64,000 nucleotides of DNA from Takakia lepidozioides (taxonomy: Eukaryota > Plantae > Bryophyta), in NCBI GenBank assembly GCA_030704615.1, contig CM060732.1:25730001-25794000 (forward strand), read 5' to 3'. Shown here in pieces: positions 34,711-48,200 of this stretch (positions are counted from its first letter, which is position 1; every line of letters begins with the position of its first letter). The translations under genes were made by a program, and so were the position numbers. The notes under the pieces were generated by a model. It saw only the letters and a program-made list of their open reading frames with translations, had not been told where the DNA came from and searched no databases.

Positions 34711-35125
34711 ATGGTTTGGGGTGTTTCGACCAGTGAGAAAGTCGGCATTTCTATCTACCAAGTATACAATGTAAGATCGGATAGAGTCATTGCCGGTGCG
34801 CGGTGGAGGTGGGAACGACACCTTCATGGTTCCACCTTCATGGTTCCGGGGGTGTTTCCACCACTGAGAAAGTCCGCATTTCTAACTACCACATTTAACA
34901 ATGTGTGATCGGATAGCGGAGGAGGTGGGAACGACACCTTCATGGTTCCGGGGGTGTTTCCACCACTGAGAAAGTCCGCATTTCTAACTACCACATTTGA
35001 CAATGTGTGATCGGATAGCGGAGGAGGTGGGAACGACACCTTCATGGTTCCGGGGGGTGTTTCCACCACTGAGAAAGTCCGCATTTCTAACGACCACATT
35101 TAACAATGTGCGATCGGATAGAGTC
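34711..35125 (+). repeat. 102-bp tandem repeat, about 4 copies, upstream of TOR
   Basis: Units start at 34840, 34942 and 35044 (near-identical), with a diverged copy at 34711. Confidence 0.92.
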
Positions 35126-36275
35126 GTTGTCACCTCCCAGCGGAAAAGAAATGTAAATGGCGGGAAGGCCCCAGGATGGGAAGGACATGGTTACTTAACT
35201 GTTGCCAGCTTCCACAGTCATGCCGATGACTGACTTTATTGAGAGAGACAGTAAGGGGGTGGATGCCAGATAATAAATTGCAGCATTTATTAAGTGAGGC
35301 GGGCTTATAACCGCGGAGGGTGCCCAGCACACGATCGTTTCCAGGCGTCGATCTGAGATCGGACGACTCAAGATCTTCCACGTTGTTGCGCGGTCATAGG
35401 CATACCCATGGTAATGGGGCCTGGCTGGGTTGGCAGGGGGCCCCAAATGTAGTTAGGGATATCTGAGTCCCCACAGAGAAAAAGAAAAAGAAGAAGAGGA
35501 AGAAGAGGAAGATGGTAGGAAACAGGCCAGCGATGGTGTACTTAGAAAAATACACAGCAAGGGATGGTTGGGGTAACGGTGGAGATGTTGAATAGTAAGT
35601 AAAGGTGGGAGTGGGCAGGCCCTAGAGATGTGCAGGCAGAGCTAAAAGTGGGAGGGACCAGTTTGGGTGGAGGGAGGGAGAGGTGGGGGCTGCCTGACTG
35701 GCGTCTGCTGGGCTGGATGCCAGGCTGCTTGGCAAAGGGAAAAGGGGGGCAAACAGAGGTTGTAGGTCCAGCACCCTGGCCGGTCACCGGTCATACATCA
35801 CTTGGCCACTCGGTTACCAGCCTCCGTCCAGCCTGCTGCTTTTATGTCCTTTGTGGGGGAAAATTTCCTAGCTGCTGGAGAGTTTCCCTAATCAGCAATT
35901 GGGGCGTGCAATAAAATTGTGTAGTTTGTAGTGCAAGCGCTGTGTTGGGTTGTGGCAGATGACGCCCAGCTGTAGTGGGTTGTGTTCAGATTTTTGTTGT
36001 CATTTTTTGTTGCGGGTGTTTTGAGCAAGGTGTTTGTGGGCTCAGGTTCAACTTCTTCTCTCTTGACTTCTATCTCTGTCTCTGTATGTGCGTGTGTGTC
36101 TCTCTCCTCCTCACACACGACACACGGAGACTCACACGCAGCAGGGTGGTTGTTGAATTTGTTGCAAGTGTTGCTTTTGTTCACTTTCTCAGAAACCAGA
36201 TAGGAGGAAGCACTCCTGCTGCTGTTTCCCCGTGCCCTTTTGTCTCGATGAACAAGTAGGTGGAAGCGAGAAGGC

Positions 36276-39200
36276 ATGGCAGCCGGGGCGATGACCCCGC
36301 AGAAGGCACCTGACACGCTGCGGCGTTTGCTTGGGGACCTCTGCACTCGTACCCCGCCTCGCAGGGTTTGTACCTCTTCTTCCCCTTCTAACTCTGAGGG
36401 AATTCTTGTTTGGAATTCACAAAAAATTGGACGGATTTTGATATTCTCACACGAGTTTTTGTGGAATTTTAAATGTCGTCTGCTGTGGGCTAAAACTAGG
36501 AGTTGAAAGGAGGGATTACGCAGGGTGCTTCGGGGGGCCCAGCTCACTTTGAAGCTCTGTCCTGGAACGCCACTTCTTTTGCAAGCCCCAAGACGTTGCA
36601 GTGAACTGCTTGAGAGGGGCGAATAAGAGGAATTAGGGGGAGGAAAGGAGGGGTTATTAGGGCAAGAGCGAGTATTATTCAAATCTCTTTTTTCCTATAG
36701 CTGCGACTCCCTCATCTCCGAACCGTCGTGACGAATGTGTCTCGTGAGGGAGAATAACCGACAGTGAGATGGCATTGACTACAATTCAGTCAAACTCAAG
36801 GTTCCTGAAAATTGGGCATCTGTTTGTGGGTTTTTGGCCCACAATACCAACCCTGCACCTGCCTGAAAGGGAAAAGGTGCAAGCCAGCTTTTGAGAGGGT
36901 TTTATTTAAATGACTATCATTTGGCTCAAAGGGGCAAATAGCCGATGATACTGAGTGGGAGTGTTTGGAGCGACAGCCCGCCCTGCAATCTTTTTTACCT
37001 CTCTAGAAATTGTCTGTGCTCTCTGCATGCATGCTTGGGAAGGGAAATATATGTTGTAATTTCACAAGGGTTACTCTGGTGTAGTATCCTCTCCTCCACT
37101 CTCTCTTTCCCTGTGTCACCCCGTCTGATCTCCTAGAGAAGTAAGGCCTAGGAAGGGTACACAGAGGTGTTGCCTAAATGTGAAGCAGCTGACACTCTGA
37201 TCTCCTTCACAGCTTTTCATGTACAAGTAGGAGTCATGGATTATCTTAGAGCCTTCCCATGGTAGTGGACTTCAACCAAGTATGAAATGGGCACAAATCT
37301 CAGCAAGTTCACTATATGTACTCTTCTGCATGAGAGGCCATCTTTGATTCATTAAACAGACTGTCAGTGCACCTCTGAGCAGTTCGATGTAAGTGTGCAT
37401 CCCACTTGAGCTTGTATGGCTCTTCCTTGCAAAGCTGTTCCCTATACCCAGGAATGTCGAGGGGGTGTGCTCTTTAGCTAGGAGGTGCACAGAGTGACTC
37501 AATGTTAAATGGGGTGGTCTGGGCTGCAGGAGGGATCAGCTCTCAACCTTCGCAAGCATGTGGAGGAGGAAGCACGGGATCTTGGGGGCGAGGCCTACAC
37601 ACGGTTTATGGATAATTTGTACGATAGGATCTCTGCCCTAGTTGATAGCCCGGAGGCTACTGACAACTTGGGGGCTGTTCGTGCAATTGATGAGCTTATT
37701 GATGTCCAGCTTGGCGAAAGTGCCACCAAAATTTCAAAGTTTGCTAATTACTTGAAGCAGATCTTTGAGCATAAGCAGGACCCTGAGACCATTGTCGCTG
37801 CCAGCGCAGCACTTGGACACCTGGCACGGACTGGTGGGGCCCTGACAGCGGATGTTGTTGAGTACCAGGTCTGTCGGCCTCTGTATTTGTCCTACGTTTG
37901 TCCTCTTGAAAACAGAGAAAACCATAAAATGGAATACGCAAATTGTGACCCCCGATGTGTTTTCCTGTAAACCCTGTGCATGTCGGAAGAACTAGCTGCC
38001 AACTTGAGTCATCTTCTGTCAAGCAGACACAGGTGTTTCTACCACACTTGTAGACTTGTGGTGGGTTGTTGCAAAACGGCTCACAGATATGAGTGGGGCT
38101 GTCATGATGGCAGGTTAGGAATGCCCTAGAGTGGCTCAATGGAGAGCGGGTGGAGGGGCATCGCTTTGCAGCAGTTCTCATTCTCAAGGTTAGTTACCTT
38201 TCTGCAGCTCTTTGCCTAATCGAAAGGGCAATCTGATGGAGGATGCTCCTGGCCTTCTGCTATGTCCTGCCATCAGCAGTTGGGATGTTATCTCACAAGA
38301 GCAGCCATTACTATCTGGACTTTCAAGTTGTGCTTGGCCTGTATCACCTTACATCATGGGTCATGGCCATTGGAACAGGAAATGGCGGAGAATGCGCCAA
38401 CCGTTTTCAATGTGCATGTATCTGATTTTATAGAGGCTGTCTGGGTGGCCTTGAGAGACCCAAAGTTGGCGGTGCGAGAGCGTGCAGTAGAGGCCTTGCG
38501 AGCCTGTCTTTGTGTGATTGAGAAGCGCGAGACTCGTTGGCGTGTTCAATGGCAAGCTTCTCTTTTCTTCTCCACCCTTGGCAAGTGAAAAGTGAGGTCA
38601 TGGGTTTGGGACTATATTAAAGGAATCTGCTCCATTGGCAGTTTACTTCACTCATTCATGTTTCAACCTTTAAAAGGGTGCCAATCGAAGTGTAGCTACA
38701 TGCAATGTCCAGTCTCACATGCAGGATGAGTGTAACCTGGTGTATGATCACACTTTTTGATTATTCACAACAATTTTGTTTTAAAGTTAGAGTGGTGGTT
38801 ATCCTGGCTGCATGTGCGTCTTCCTCCCTCTCCTTTTCAGAGCACTGTTCAAAACAAGATGTCAGGGCTATGACATTGTACATTCTATTCTTAAATTTAT
38901 TCTTGTCACTAGTGAATCATTTCTTTCAATGTGCTCACTGTACTGTCTGGCTTGCAACTGTTTTGTTTCAGACTTAAGATGAAAGGGACAGAGTGGATGA
39001 GAACCTTGGTTTGCTTGGCAGTTCACTTGTGCCTTCATATCCTGAAATGATTCTGAGTGTTTTTAATCTGGTCTTTTTCAAACACAGGTATTACCGCATG
39101 TTTGAGAGAACACAAGATGGCCTTGGTCAAAAGTCCACAGTGGATAGCATACATGGCTCACTACTTGCAGTCGGGGAGCTTTTACGGTGAGAGCTGGTGG

Positions 39201-42200
39201 TTCTAGGTTGCTGTGTGCATGAGGGTTGTTCAGTGCTTCAATTGTTGCCCTAGTCATCCATAGAACTTCAGGTATTGTTTTCTCGGGGCTCATGGTTGCA
39301 GAATTTAATATTGCACCATTGTGCATAGGCATTAAGTATTTTGATATCACAAAATGGTTGGACGTGTAGGGGTACAACCAACTTCTAGCTGCAACATGCA
39401 CATCTTTGTTTTTCTTAGAGATTGTAGCTTTGTGCATTGTTTCATCCATAATCCATTGGTTTGCTGGCATTTGAAACAGAAACACGGGGGAGTTCATGAT
39501 GTCACGCTACAAGGAGGTAGCTGCTATTGTGTTCAAGTACCACGAGCACCGCAACCCCTTGGTTCGGCGCAGCATCACCGCCTTGCTACCACGGATTGCT
39601 CACTTCCTTCGTGACCGTTTCGTGTCATCGTACTTGCAGGTCTGTCATTCATAGCTAATGGCTTTCCTTTGTTCCAACACATGAATGATTTGTGAGGGTT
39701 TGAGTGATGAGGTCCTCCCCACTTTTCCTTCCAATCATCCATCCAGAAAAAGATTGCCATAATATTTGAGAGGTGGACTTAAGCCTCTGTTAGCACCGGA
39801 AAGGGGGAGTTGGATGTGTGACGGACCAAAGGGAGTTGGTGTTGCAGATTTGTATGGACCACCTTGTAGCGGTCATGCGAAAACCTGACGAGAGGGAAAG
39901 TGGGTTTGTTGCGTTGGGAGAAATGGCCGGGGCTGTGGGTGGGGAGTTATGGCAGTATTTGCCAGTTTTCATCAGCATATTACGTGATGCGGTACGGTTC
40001 AGTTTCTGTCTCCCGTCTTCCAGGACCTGTAGATATTGTTGTTGTCCCGGTCACCTAGGCTCCATTTAGGTAACCAATTTTGTTGTGCTGATTGCTCTGT
40101 GGCTGCATGCAATTTGGTATCATGCAATGGGCTTTTAAGGGTTGTTAATCTTTTAATTTGGGAGTGCAGATTGCACCCCGTAGGGGTCGACCTTCGCTAG
40201 AAGCTATAGCATGTGTGGGGAGCCTGGCTGAGGCTTTGGGCCCGGGCATGGAAGAACATGTTCGTAGTGTACTGGACTCAATGTTCCTTGCAGGTCTCAC
40301 TCCCACTCTTGTAAATGCCCTCAAGCAGATAGCTTCCAGGTACCAGTTCTTGCACTTCCCATCCCCTGACTTGTAATCTCGTTTGCTTTCCCTTCTGGAC
40401 ATGCTTCTAAGCTAGCAACAATTCTATGAACTCCCTCCGTTTGAAACTGTTGACAGAAAGGTGGTGGCCTGAATGTCAGATGGCTACTTGATTTGGTCGT
40501 GGGGTGGGGGAAAGGGGAAGATCTCTTAATGAAAGCATCCAAACTAATGCCGCAGGCTGGCGTTGAAGGTTGGGTTTCCCTGATATGCTAGTCAAGAAGT
40601 TGGGGTGTATCTGTGCATATGCATAGAAGAAACTAGTTGTGCTTGATAATGGATCTGGTACCAGCTCCAGGGTGGCTTGCGCATGGGTATGGGTTGGGAA
40701 ATTCACGAGAAAGCTTGAAGCGAGCTTACTGGGGTTGGTGGCGGATTTTGGAATGGCCCTTGTTTTTTCCTCACCCTTAGTGCTTCGAAGCAGAGTGTAA
40801 GGTTGTTACATAGTGGGCGCATTATTCAGGACTTGCGGTTGTTGGTCGGTTTCTTTACCGAAGCTGTCATGGAAGGGCTTGTGCTTGTTGACAGGGTGAG
40901 CAATAGTCAGGACCTTCTTTGTACAATGGGAATCATCCATTCAGCTGTGGAGGACGTCCAAGAAGTTTTAGAGATTGTACTTAAAGCATCAATCACTGGT
41001 TAAGCACACCAATTGCCAATGGAACCGGAAACCCTGATAACTTGTAACTATGAATTTCTCTCAACCCAACACAATAGGAAAGAGCTTTCCTTATGCCATG
41101 TATGTTTCAACAAAGGCTTGTTTCCTTTGTTCCAGCGTGCCATCGTTGCTGCCAATCGTACAAGAGAGGTTGCTGGACTCAATTTCGTTTGTGTTGGTGA
41201 AAGCTCCATACCGGACATCAAGAGGGGGAGCTCTGCTTGCTCGTACTGTGACTAGTCCCAGCATGCCACTTGTCTCAGATTTTACTGGGCCTGCGCTTAC
41301 GCAGCTTGCTCTACATACTTTAACCTCCTTTGATCTCCAGGTTCGATGGTATCCTTCCTCTGCTTGTCAAGTCTTTTTTTGGGTGGGGAAGAACAGGGCG
41401 AGGGAAAATAGGTAGATTTCTATTACGTCAACAAGTGGTTTATAGGGCCTAGAAATGGTAGAAATGAAATGAAATGGTACTTTATAACGTCCGCGGAAAA
41501 CTCAAAGAGCTTATGGGACAAAGTGGAAAAAACATGAGAGAGGAAACAGAACCAGAGCCAAAAAAACAGTCCAAAGGCAACTACTGCTCAAGGATTGTCT
41601 AAGGGTCAGGGCCTCGTGCAGGTTAGCTGCCAAGCATTTTTTATCCTCATAGTGGAAGACTTCAGTGAGAGATTGAGTTCCACGGAATAGACAGTGGAAT
41701 CTCGCACTGATCTCATAATATAGAGGGCAATAAAAGAAGAAGTGTTCCTCAGTTTCAATTTCCTGGTTGCGCCCGGTGCAAGCTGGGGCATAGGTACTTT
41801 ATAGTATCCACTGGAGGCCCAGAAAGAATGTACTCATAAGTTGTTGATTGCCGTACCTTGTGGCCATAGACCCCATGCCCAGTTTGGGTGGAACAAGAGT
41901 GAACAGACACTACTTTCGGAAGGGGCTCACTCCGGTATTGGGAGGCCCAGATAGAATGTACTCTTAAGACATTGTTTGCCATAGCCTTGTGGCCATAGAC
42001 CCCGCGCCCAGTTTGGCGGGAACAGAAACTATCTTTTGAGGAGGCCCAGAAAGAGTGAGCGAGTGGGTGAGTGAGGGGAGAGGTGTGAAACGTACAAGTG
42101 CGTGGGGCCTCGCTCTCAAGGTGTAGTTGTCTCATGTACTTTTCTGTCATGTCATATAACCCCCAACATGTTTGCTACTCTTTCTGGTCCTGGCAGGGTC

Positions 42201-45200
42201 ACGAACTGCTAGAGTTTGCGAGGGAGGCGGTAGTGCCCTTTTTGGAGGACGAGGATGCGATCACGCGCAGAGAGGCAGCTGTGTGTTGCTGCCACCTTGT
42301 CGAACACTCTTCATGTGTGGTTGAATCTGCTGCAGCTATACCCCTTGTAATAGCCAGTCGAAGTGGTCGCAGTACTGGTGTGGGTTTGCGGCGTCGACGG
42401 CTTCTTGTGGAGGAGGTTTGTGGTTTCATTCATCCCCTAAGCAATTGCTTTGAGGCTATGGCAAGAAGGTCTGAACAAATACATTCTCATTCTCCCCATC
42501 CTTCTCTTCTCTAGAAGTTTATTGGTAGTTTTATGGTTGTGGTGGCTGGTTGTGCTCCTGTCCCAGAAGCTCTTTTCAGCTTCCCAGGGACTTTCTAAGG
42601 TTTCTTTTTTTCCTGATATTGACATCATAAAGTTTCTTTCTCTTCTTTCTTTCTGCTCTTCATCTTGAGGTATCAAATGGCTACCTTGTAAACTGGTAAC
42701 CAAGACTTCATCGTTATAATCCCATCGCACATTTCAGGCGTATGCTGAAGCAGTGGACTAATGGGCTATCTTGTTTGGGTTCTTCACTTTCTCTGATTAG
42801 TCGCATGGTCTTCAAGGAAGTGCTTGTCCCTGACTTTCTTGTTTATTTCTTCTTGTTTGTCGAACTCAGATTCTGGAGAAGCTTTTAGTGGCGGCAGTTG
42901 CAGATGCGGATGTTGGGGTACGCAAGGCAGTTTTTGTGTCGCTTCAGCAGAACCGAAGCTTTGAGGAGTTTTTAGCGCAGGCCGACAGTCTCCGGGCCAT
43001 CTTCATTGCACTCACTGATGAGGTTTGTTGCTTTTGCTTTTGTCTTGAGGGTTTCTCTTCCTGGTTTGTGCCTGCGCATGGGTGGCATAGGTGTACTTTG
43101 TGCTGGTTTGCTAGGAGGTCTATTTTATTCACTTGGCGTTTTTCCTTACCATTCTTGGTTGCCATATGTGTGTGTAGTTTTATAGGCACCTATCTTGTTG
43201 CACTAATTTTCACTTTTTCTGCTGTTTCTTTTCCTCAAAGTTCTGTCCTCATGCCTTTGTTTTCATCTCGCATTATCTTCTTTACCTTGGATGTGGCTAT
43301 CTTCTATCTTGGGTTACCTCTCAAAAGTGACTTCAGGGTTTACTTTACTCCCACATTATCTACAAATTTCACACTGTTCACTGCACTTCAGATTTTTTCA
43401 CAAATTGCTGGGATTAGGGCTGACGGATGGAGTTTGATAGCTGTACACACTTGTGTCTGTAGGCTTTTGAAGTGCGTGAGCTTGCAATCTGCATGGCTGG
43501 CCGGCTGGCTGAGCATAATCCAGCCTATGTTCTTCCAGCACTGCGCCGACATCTTCTCCAGCTGTTGACTGATCTTGGGCACAGGTATACACCTTTGTGA
43601 ACACCTTCTTGGAAGGTTTAGGAGCATCTGTTTCTTGGCTGCAGTATATTGGTGTTTTGTGGTGTAAAACCACGTGTAGTATTGCGGAGCTGGTGTGTGA
43701 TTACTTAGGACTTGCTGGAATACCTGCAGTGAATGAAGTGAAAAATGAATTATATGCTACTTCTAAAATGTATTTTTTCTGCAGCACTGACAGCAAAAGT
43801 AGAGAGGAGAGTGCAAAGCTTCTGGGTTGCCTGATCAAGGCATGCCAACGCCTCATGGCTCCTTATATCGCCCCGGTTCTACTGGTGCACATCCCGCCCT
43901 CATGAAGTCTTTTGTTTCTAGTTAATTTGAGGATGAGTATGTTCTGTTTACTGATCTAATCATAGTACAGGCTTCATATTTGTTGAACACCCTTTTTGAT
44001 GGTCCGTAAATTATGGGGGTATGCTGGCAAATATAGGCGTTGTTGAACAAGTTACGGGAGGGATCGGTTGGAAGTGGCAACAACGGGGTCATTGCTGGAG
44101 TGCTTGCAACCATTGGAGAGCTGGCTCGAGTGGTGTGTCCTTGATCGACACTTCTTGTTATAAAGCCCTCAGTTCCTGTTATTGTGGATTATGATAATAT
44201 TAGGCAAGTTTTGCATGAAGGTAAATGGATATCCATGGCAACTGTGTGAGAATGTGACATTCATTGGCATCTCTTCAATCATCACAAGTAGTATCAGCTT
44301 CTTACCTCTTCTGCATGCTCTTTTCTGGCCATTGACCCTCTCAAATATCGGCAGGGTGGCTGTGCGATGAGGCCCTATTTGCCGGACTTGATGCCATTGA
44401 TTGTTGATGCTCTCCTGGATGGTGCTGCCACGAGCAAACGAGAAGTGGCAGTGGCCACTCTTGGCCAGGTGGTGGAAAGCACCGGGTGAGTCCTCTACAG
44501 AAGCCTTTGAAACTCACTGTTAGACAAATTACTGTTGCCTTGGATATGGCTGATGGTTTTCCTTCAGTCGATTACCTTTCAAATGTGAGTGTGCAGTTCT
44601 CCTCCACATATCAACTTCTGAAATGGAACTCTCTGGGGGGACCCTCCTGTGGTTGGGTCAAGGAAGCCTGACAAGGGACTGGCAGTGTGTTTGAACCAGT
44701 TAATTGTACCTTTGACCTTGACTGTGCTTTTTGCGGTCTTATGTTTGATATGCAGGTATGTAGTGCATCCATACACGGATTACCCGCTTTTGCTCGGGTT
44801 GCTCTTACGCCTTCTTAATGGTGACCTTGCCGAATCGACTCGAAGGGAAGTTCTAAAAGTGAGTATTCTTGTTACATTCTGGAAGTTCACAGTTATGCCA
44901 TTTTTCTGTGTACCTGCGTCAAGTCAAGGTGTGCTTTTCTTCCTGAAGTTTTCTAGAAGATTAATAGCATTGACACAGGACGCGTTTTACTGCAGTGTAA
45001 TTGTTCTTGATCACAGTGGGACTGAAGACATAGCTAGGGGTTTTTGTCTGTGGGGCTGGAAGCAAAGCCCTGCAGTTTAACTGTACACTCTGAAAGGCAG
45101 GGTAGTGATGCACATTTGTATGTATACCCCTCTTATCTCGTAGCAAGAAAAGGGGAGGAGTCCAGAACTAATTCCTTTGTAGGTAACACCCAGGAAGAGG

Positions 45201-48200
45201 AGACACCATTTTCCTTTTCTTGTGGTCTAGATACTATGAGATCAGGGAAAAGTTACTTCTGTCCTTTTAGAGATTGCTTGTCCTTTGGAGAGGTAGTCAG
45301 GCTCAAGGACCAAAGTGCTTGCCTGCTTGCCTGCATTAGGTGCTCTGTCGCTGGCCACAGTTTGGGGTTTCCAACACTCTTTGAGATTCTTTTGTAGTTC
45401 TCCTGTGTTCCATTTGTCCTCTGGTAAAAGGGTGGCATACTTTTCTGTCCTCTTTCTTCTCTCCCTTCAGGGTTGATAATTGATTTCTTATTCCACAAAA
45501 TATGTATATGCTCGCACAGTCTGAGTATTTCACTACTGGGATCTCAGGTGCTGGGAATAATGGGGGCTCTCGACCCACACATACACAAGCGAAATCAGCA
45601 AATGCTGCAAGGGCCACATGGGGAAGGCACACGGATTGCTGGGCCTGAAAGTGGACCGCATCATGCTCGGTCATTGGAGGAGCTGCCCATCGAGATTTTA
45701 CCATCTGGTGGTTTGTTCACCACCTCGGAGGACTACTACCCCACGGTAGCATTTTTGAAATTCGTTGTCTTTGCTTTAGAGAACAGAATTACTTGGAATG
45801 TCTTTTTAGTTCGTAGTATCAGCAGTCTCCGATATCTCGCCGATAGTGGGGGTTACAGCCCTTGCAAGTCATTAGTGTGGCTTCTATTGGATTGACTTCC
45901 TGTGCTTTCACAGTTATGCTTTTGACTGCGGTAATTTTCAAGCAGAACCAAGATATGTCGTTAGTGAGTTGGTTGTAACATCCTAGTAAACACACTGGTT
46001 CTCCTGATCTCTTCTGTTTTAGCTAAATACTTCAGAGCTTAGGTGGTACTGTTTGTTGAGCAGGTTGCCATTAATTCCCTAATGCGCATTCTTCGGGACC
46101 CGACATTGTCAAGTCTCCATCGCAAAGTTGTGGGATCGTTGATGTACATATTTAAGGTACATTTAAGCCTTCTTGTAGAGATTGACTTGTGTTGATTTGG
46201 GTAAGTGGAAGACGACCTGGTCAAGTGTTTGGGGAATGTCCTGAAATATTCAATGCTCTGCAAATAGTGTGGTAGGAAGTAGAATGTATGTTAGTATGTG
46301 TTTGTGTGCCCGGGGGCCTTAGTACAGATACATGTTATCTTAATGTAACGTCTTGTGATCCACAATGTTTACATAGCGTTTGAATGCTGCTTAGGTCAGG
46401 AGGGTTTGTTGGGTATGTTAAAAATATTTATTCAGGCCTTGTTTGATGTGTGTGCAGTCTATGGGGCTTGCCTGTGTCCCATATCTTGCAAAGGTCAGTT
46501 ACTGGCCGTTTAGACTTGTTTTTCTATCCTCTGTTTTGGCATTGACAACACACAATTTAGTGTGTAAAAATGTGCATTGGAAATGTCACAAAGGGAGATT
46601 AAACAGCTTACATGTATTGTAACACATCAACAAACCATTGATGCTGTGTCATGGATATCTAGGAGGTCTGCCTATGTTTAGCTTTCTGCCAAATGCTTTG
46701 TAATGAATTTTCTGGTGTAAGAGTGTTGATAAATAACGACATTGCTTTTGCTGTAGCACATGTCTGGCTTCTATTGACAGTATTTTGCATGTAGTCAGGT
46801 ATCTACATGATAGTGCAGTTGTGGTAAGCCTTTTAAGTTTTCAGGTAGTGGCAAAGGTCATTAAGATGCATAGTATACTTAGTCTAACCCCATTTGGGTT
46901 GGCATTGCATGCTGAGCCTGCATTCACTGAGTGGCTATGCAGCTGGGTTCATTTCTATCTAGGTTTGTTATTTCTTTGTAACAGACAATGAGTTCATGGC
47001 AGAATGATCATATTATGAGTTTGTCAGTGCAGGTGTTGCCAGATCTGTTCGTAACAGTGCGTACATGTGAAGAACTAGGCCTTCGCGAATTCATTTTTTT
47101 GCAGCTCGCCTCCCTGGTCTCAATTGTCCGCCAGGCATGCTCCCATCCATTTTTCAGTGTCTTAAAGAGTTGCAGGGTTCATTTTTCTCTTGCCCTTTTT
47201 CCCGAGAGCAAGTGTTGTAGTGTTGGTTTTATCTCTTTGTTATGTATGGTTCAGAGTGAGGAGGAAGATGATGGGCCAACTTTGTCTTATAAGGATGCGA
47301 GTCACATAACATGTGTGCATACCCCCTTTTCCTAGGAATCCGAAGTTTCTGAGTGCGGTTCTCTGTTCTCTGTTCTCTGTTTGAGCTTGTTCTGAATGTC
47401 TGCAGCACATTCGCAAATACTTGCCAGATATATTAACAATAATATATGATAATTGGACGACGTTGATGCTCCCTATCAGCAGGACTTCAACTGGCTCACC
47501 GGTCAGTACGGGAACTCTACGTTTGCCTCTTCTTTTGAGCTGTGATCTGCATCACTAGGCAGACATCCTTGGTACTACTTTATTAGTCCAAATTTTCTCA
47601 TTGCTTCTGAATTTCAATTCACCATGGTCTCTTGGGATGGCGGCTGGAGTCAAGGCAACCTAATAGTTTTAGAGCACTTGTATGAAGTAGATATCATTAC
47701 GCTGCTCTTACCGCATGTATATTTAATTGAATATGAAAAGGGTGGTTATGTCAAGTTCTAGTTTGATCTTGTGGAAAATGTGTGTATTTCAGTGCTTGCT
47801 TTGGTATGCAATGTAAAAATTCAAAGGGGTGGTTGTGTATCGATTTCAGGTGTTGAATCTTGTGGAACAGCTGTGCATAGCTCTGAATGATGAGTTCCGG
47901 ATTTACTTGCCTGAGCTTTTGCCCAAATGTGTGAATGTGCTGAGCGATGCTGAGCGCAATAGCAAATACTCCAAAGTTCCTTGTGTCCTCCACACGTTTG
48001 AGGTTCTTGGTGGTTTGTCTCTTTCCGCTGCTACTCTTCAAAGATCATCTCTGCTGGTTGTTGTCATTGTCCTTATAAGCTAGGAAATGACAGGATGACA
48101 TGAGTTTGCACATCTGTGTCATGTGTTTCTCCAGGGAAGCATGTCAGTGTAGGGTCCATGGTGAGAAGGCAACTTGAAAATGAAACAGAGTACCTGAATG

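Noticed and set aside
34711-35125. Possible CRISPR array
   Set aside because: Whole 102-bp units are repeated with no unique spacers, there are no cas genes, and the context is eukaryotic.
35888-36682. 264-aa minus-strand ORF
   Set aside because: Antisense to the TOR leader, exon 1 and intron 1, low complexity, with no recognisable domain.
41813-42054. CRISPR-like repeat-spacer pattern
   Set aside because: The 'spacers' are homologous LINE tails and the repeats are target-site duplications; reported as a retrotransposition array instead.
42888-43568. 226-aa hydrophobic ORF suggesting a membrane protein
   Set aside because: It is TOR exon 11 reading through a T-rich intron.
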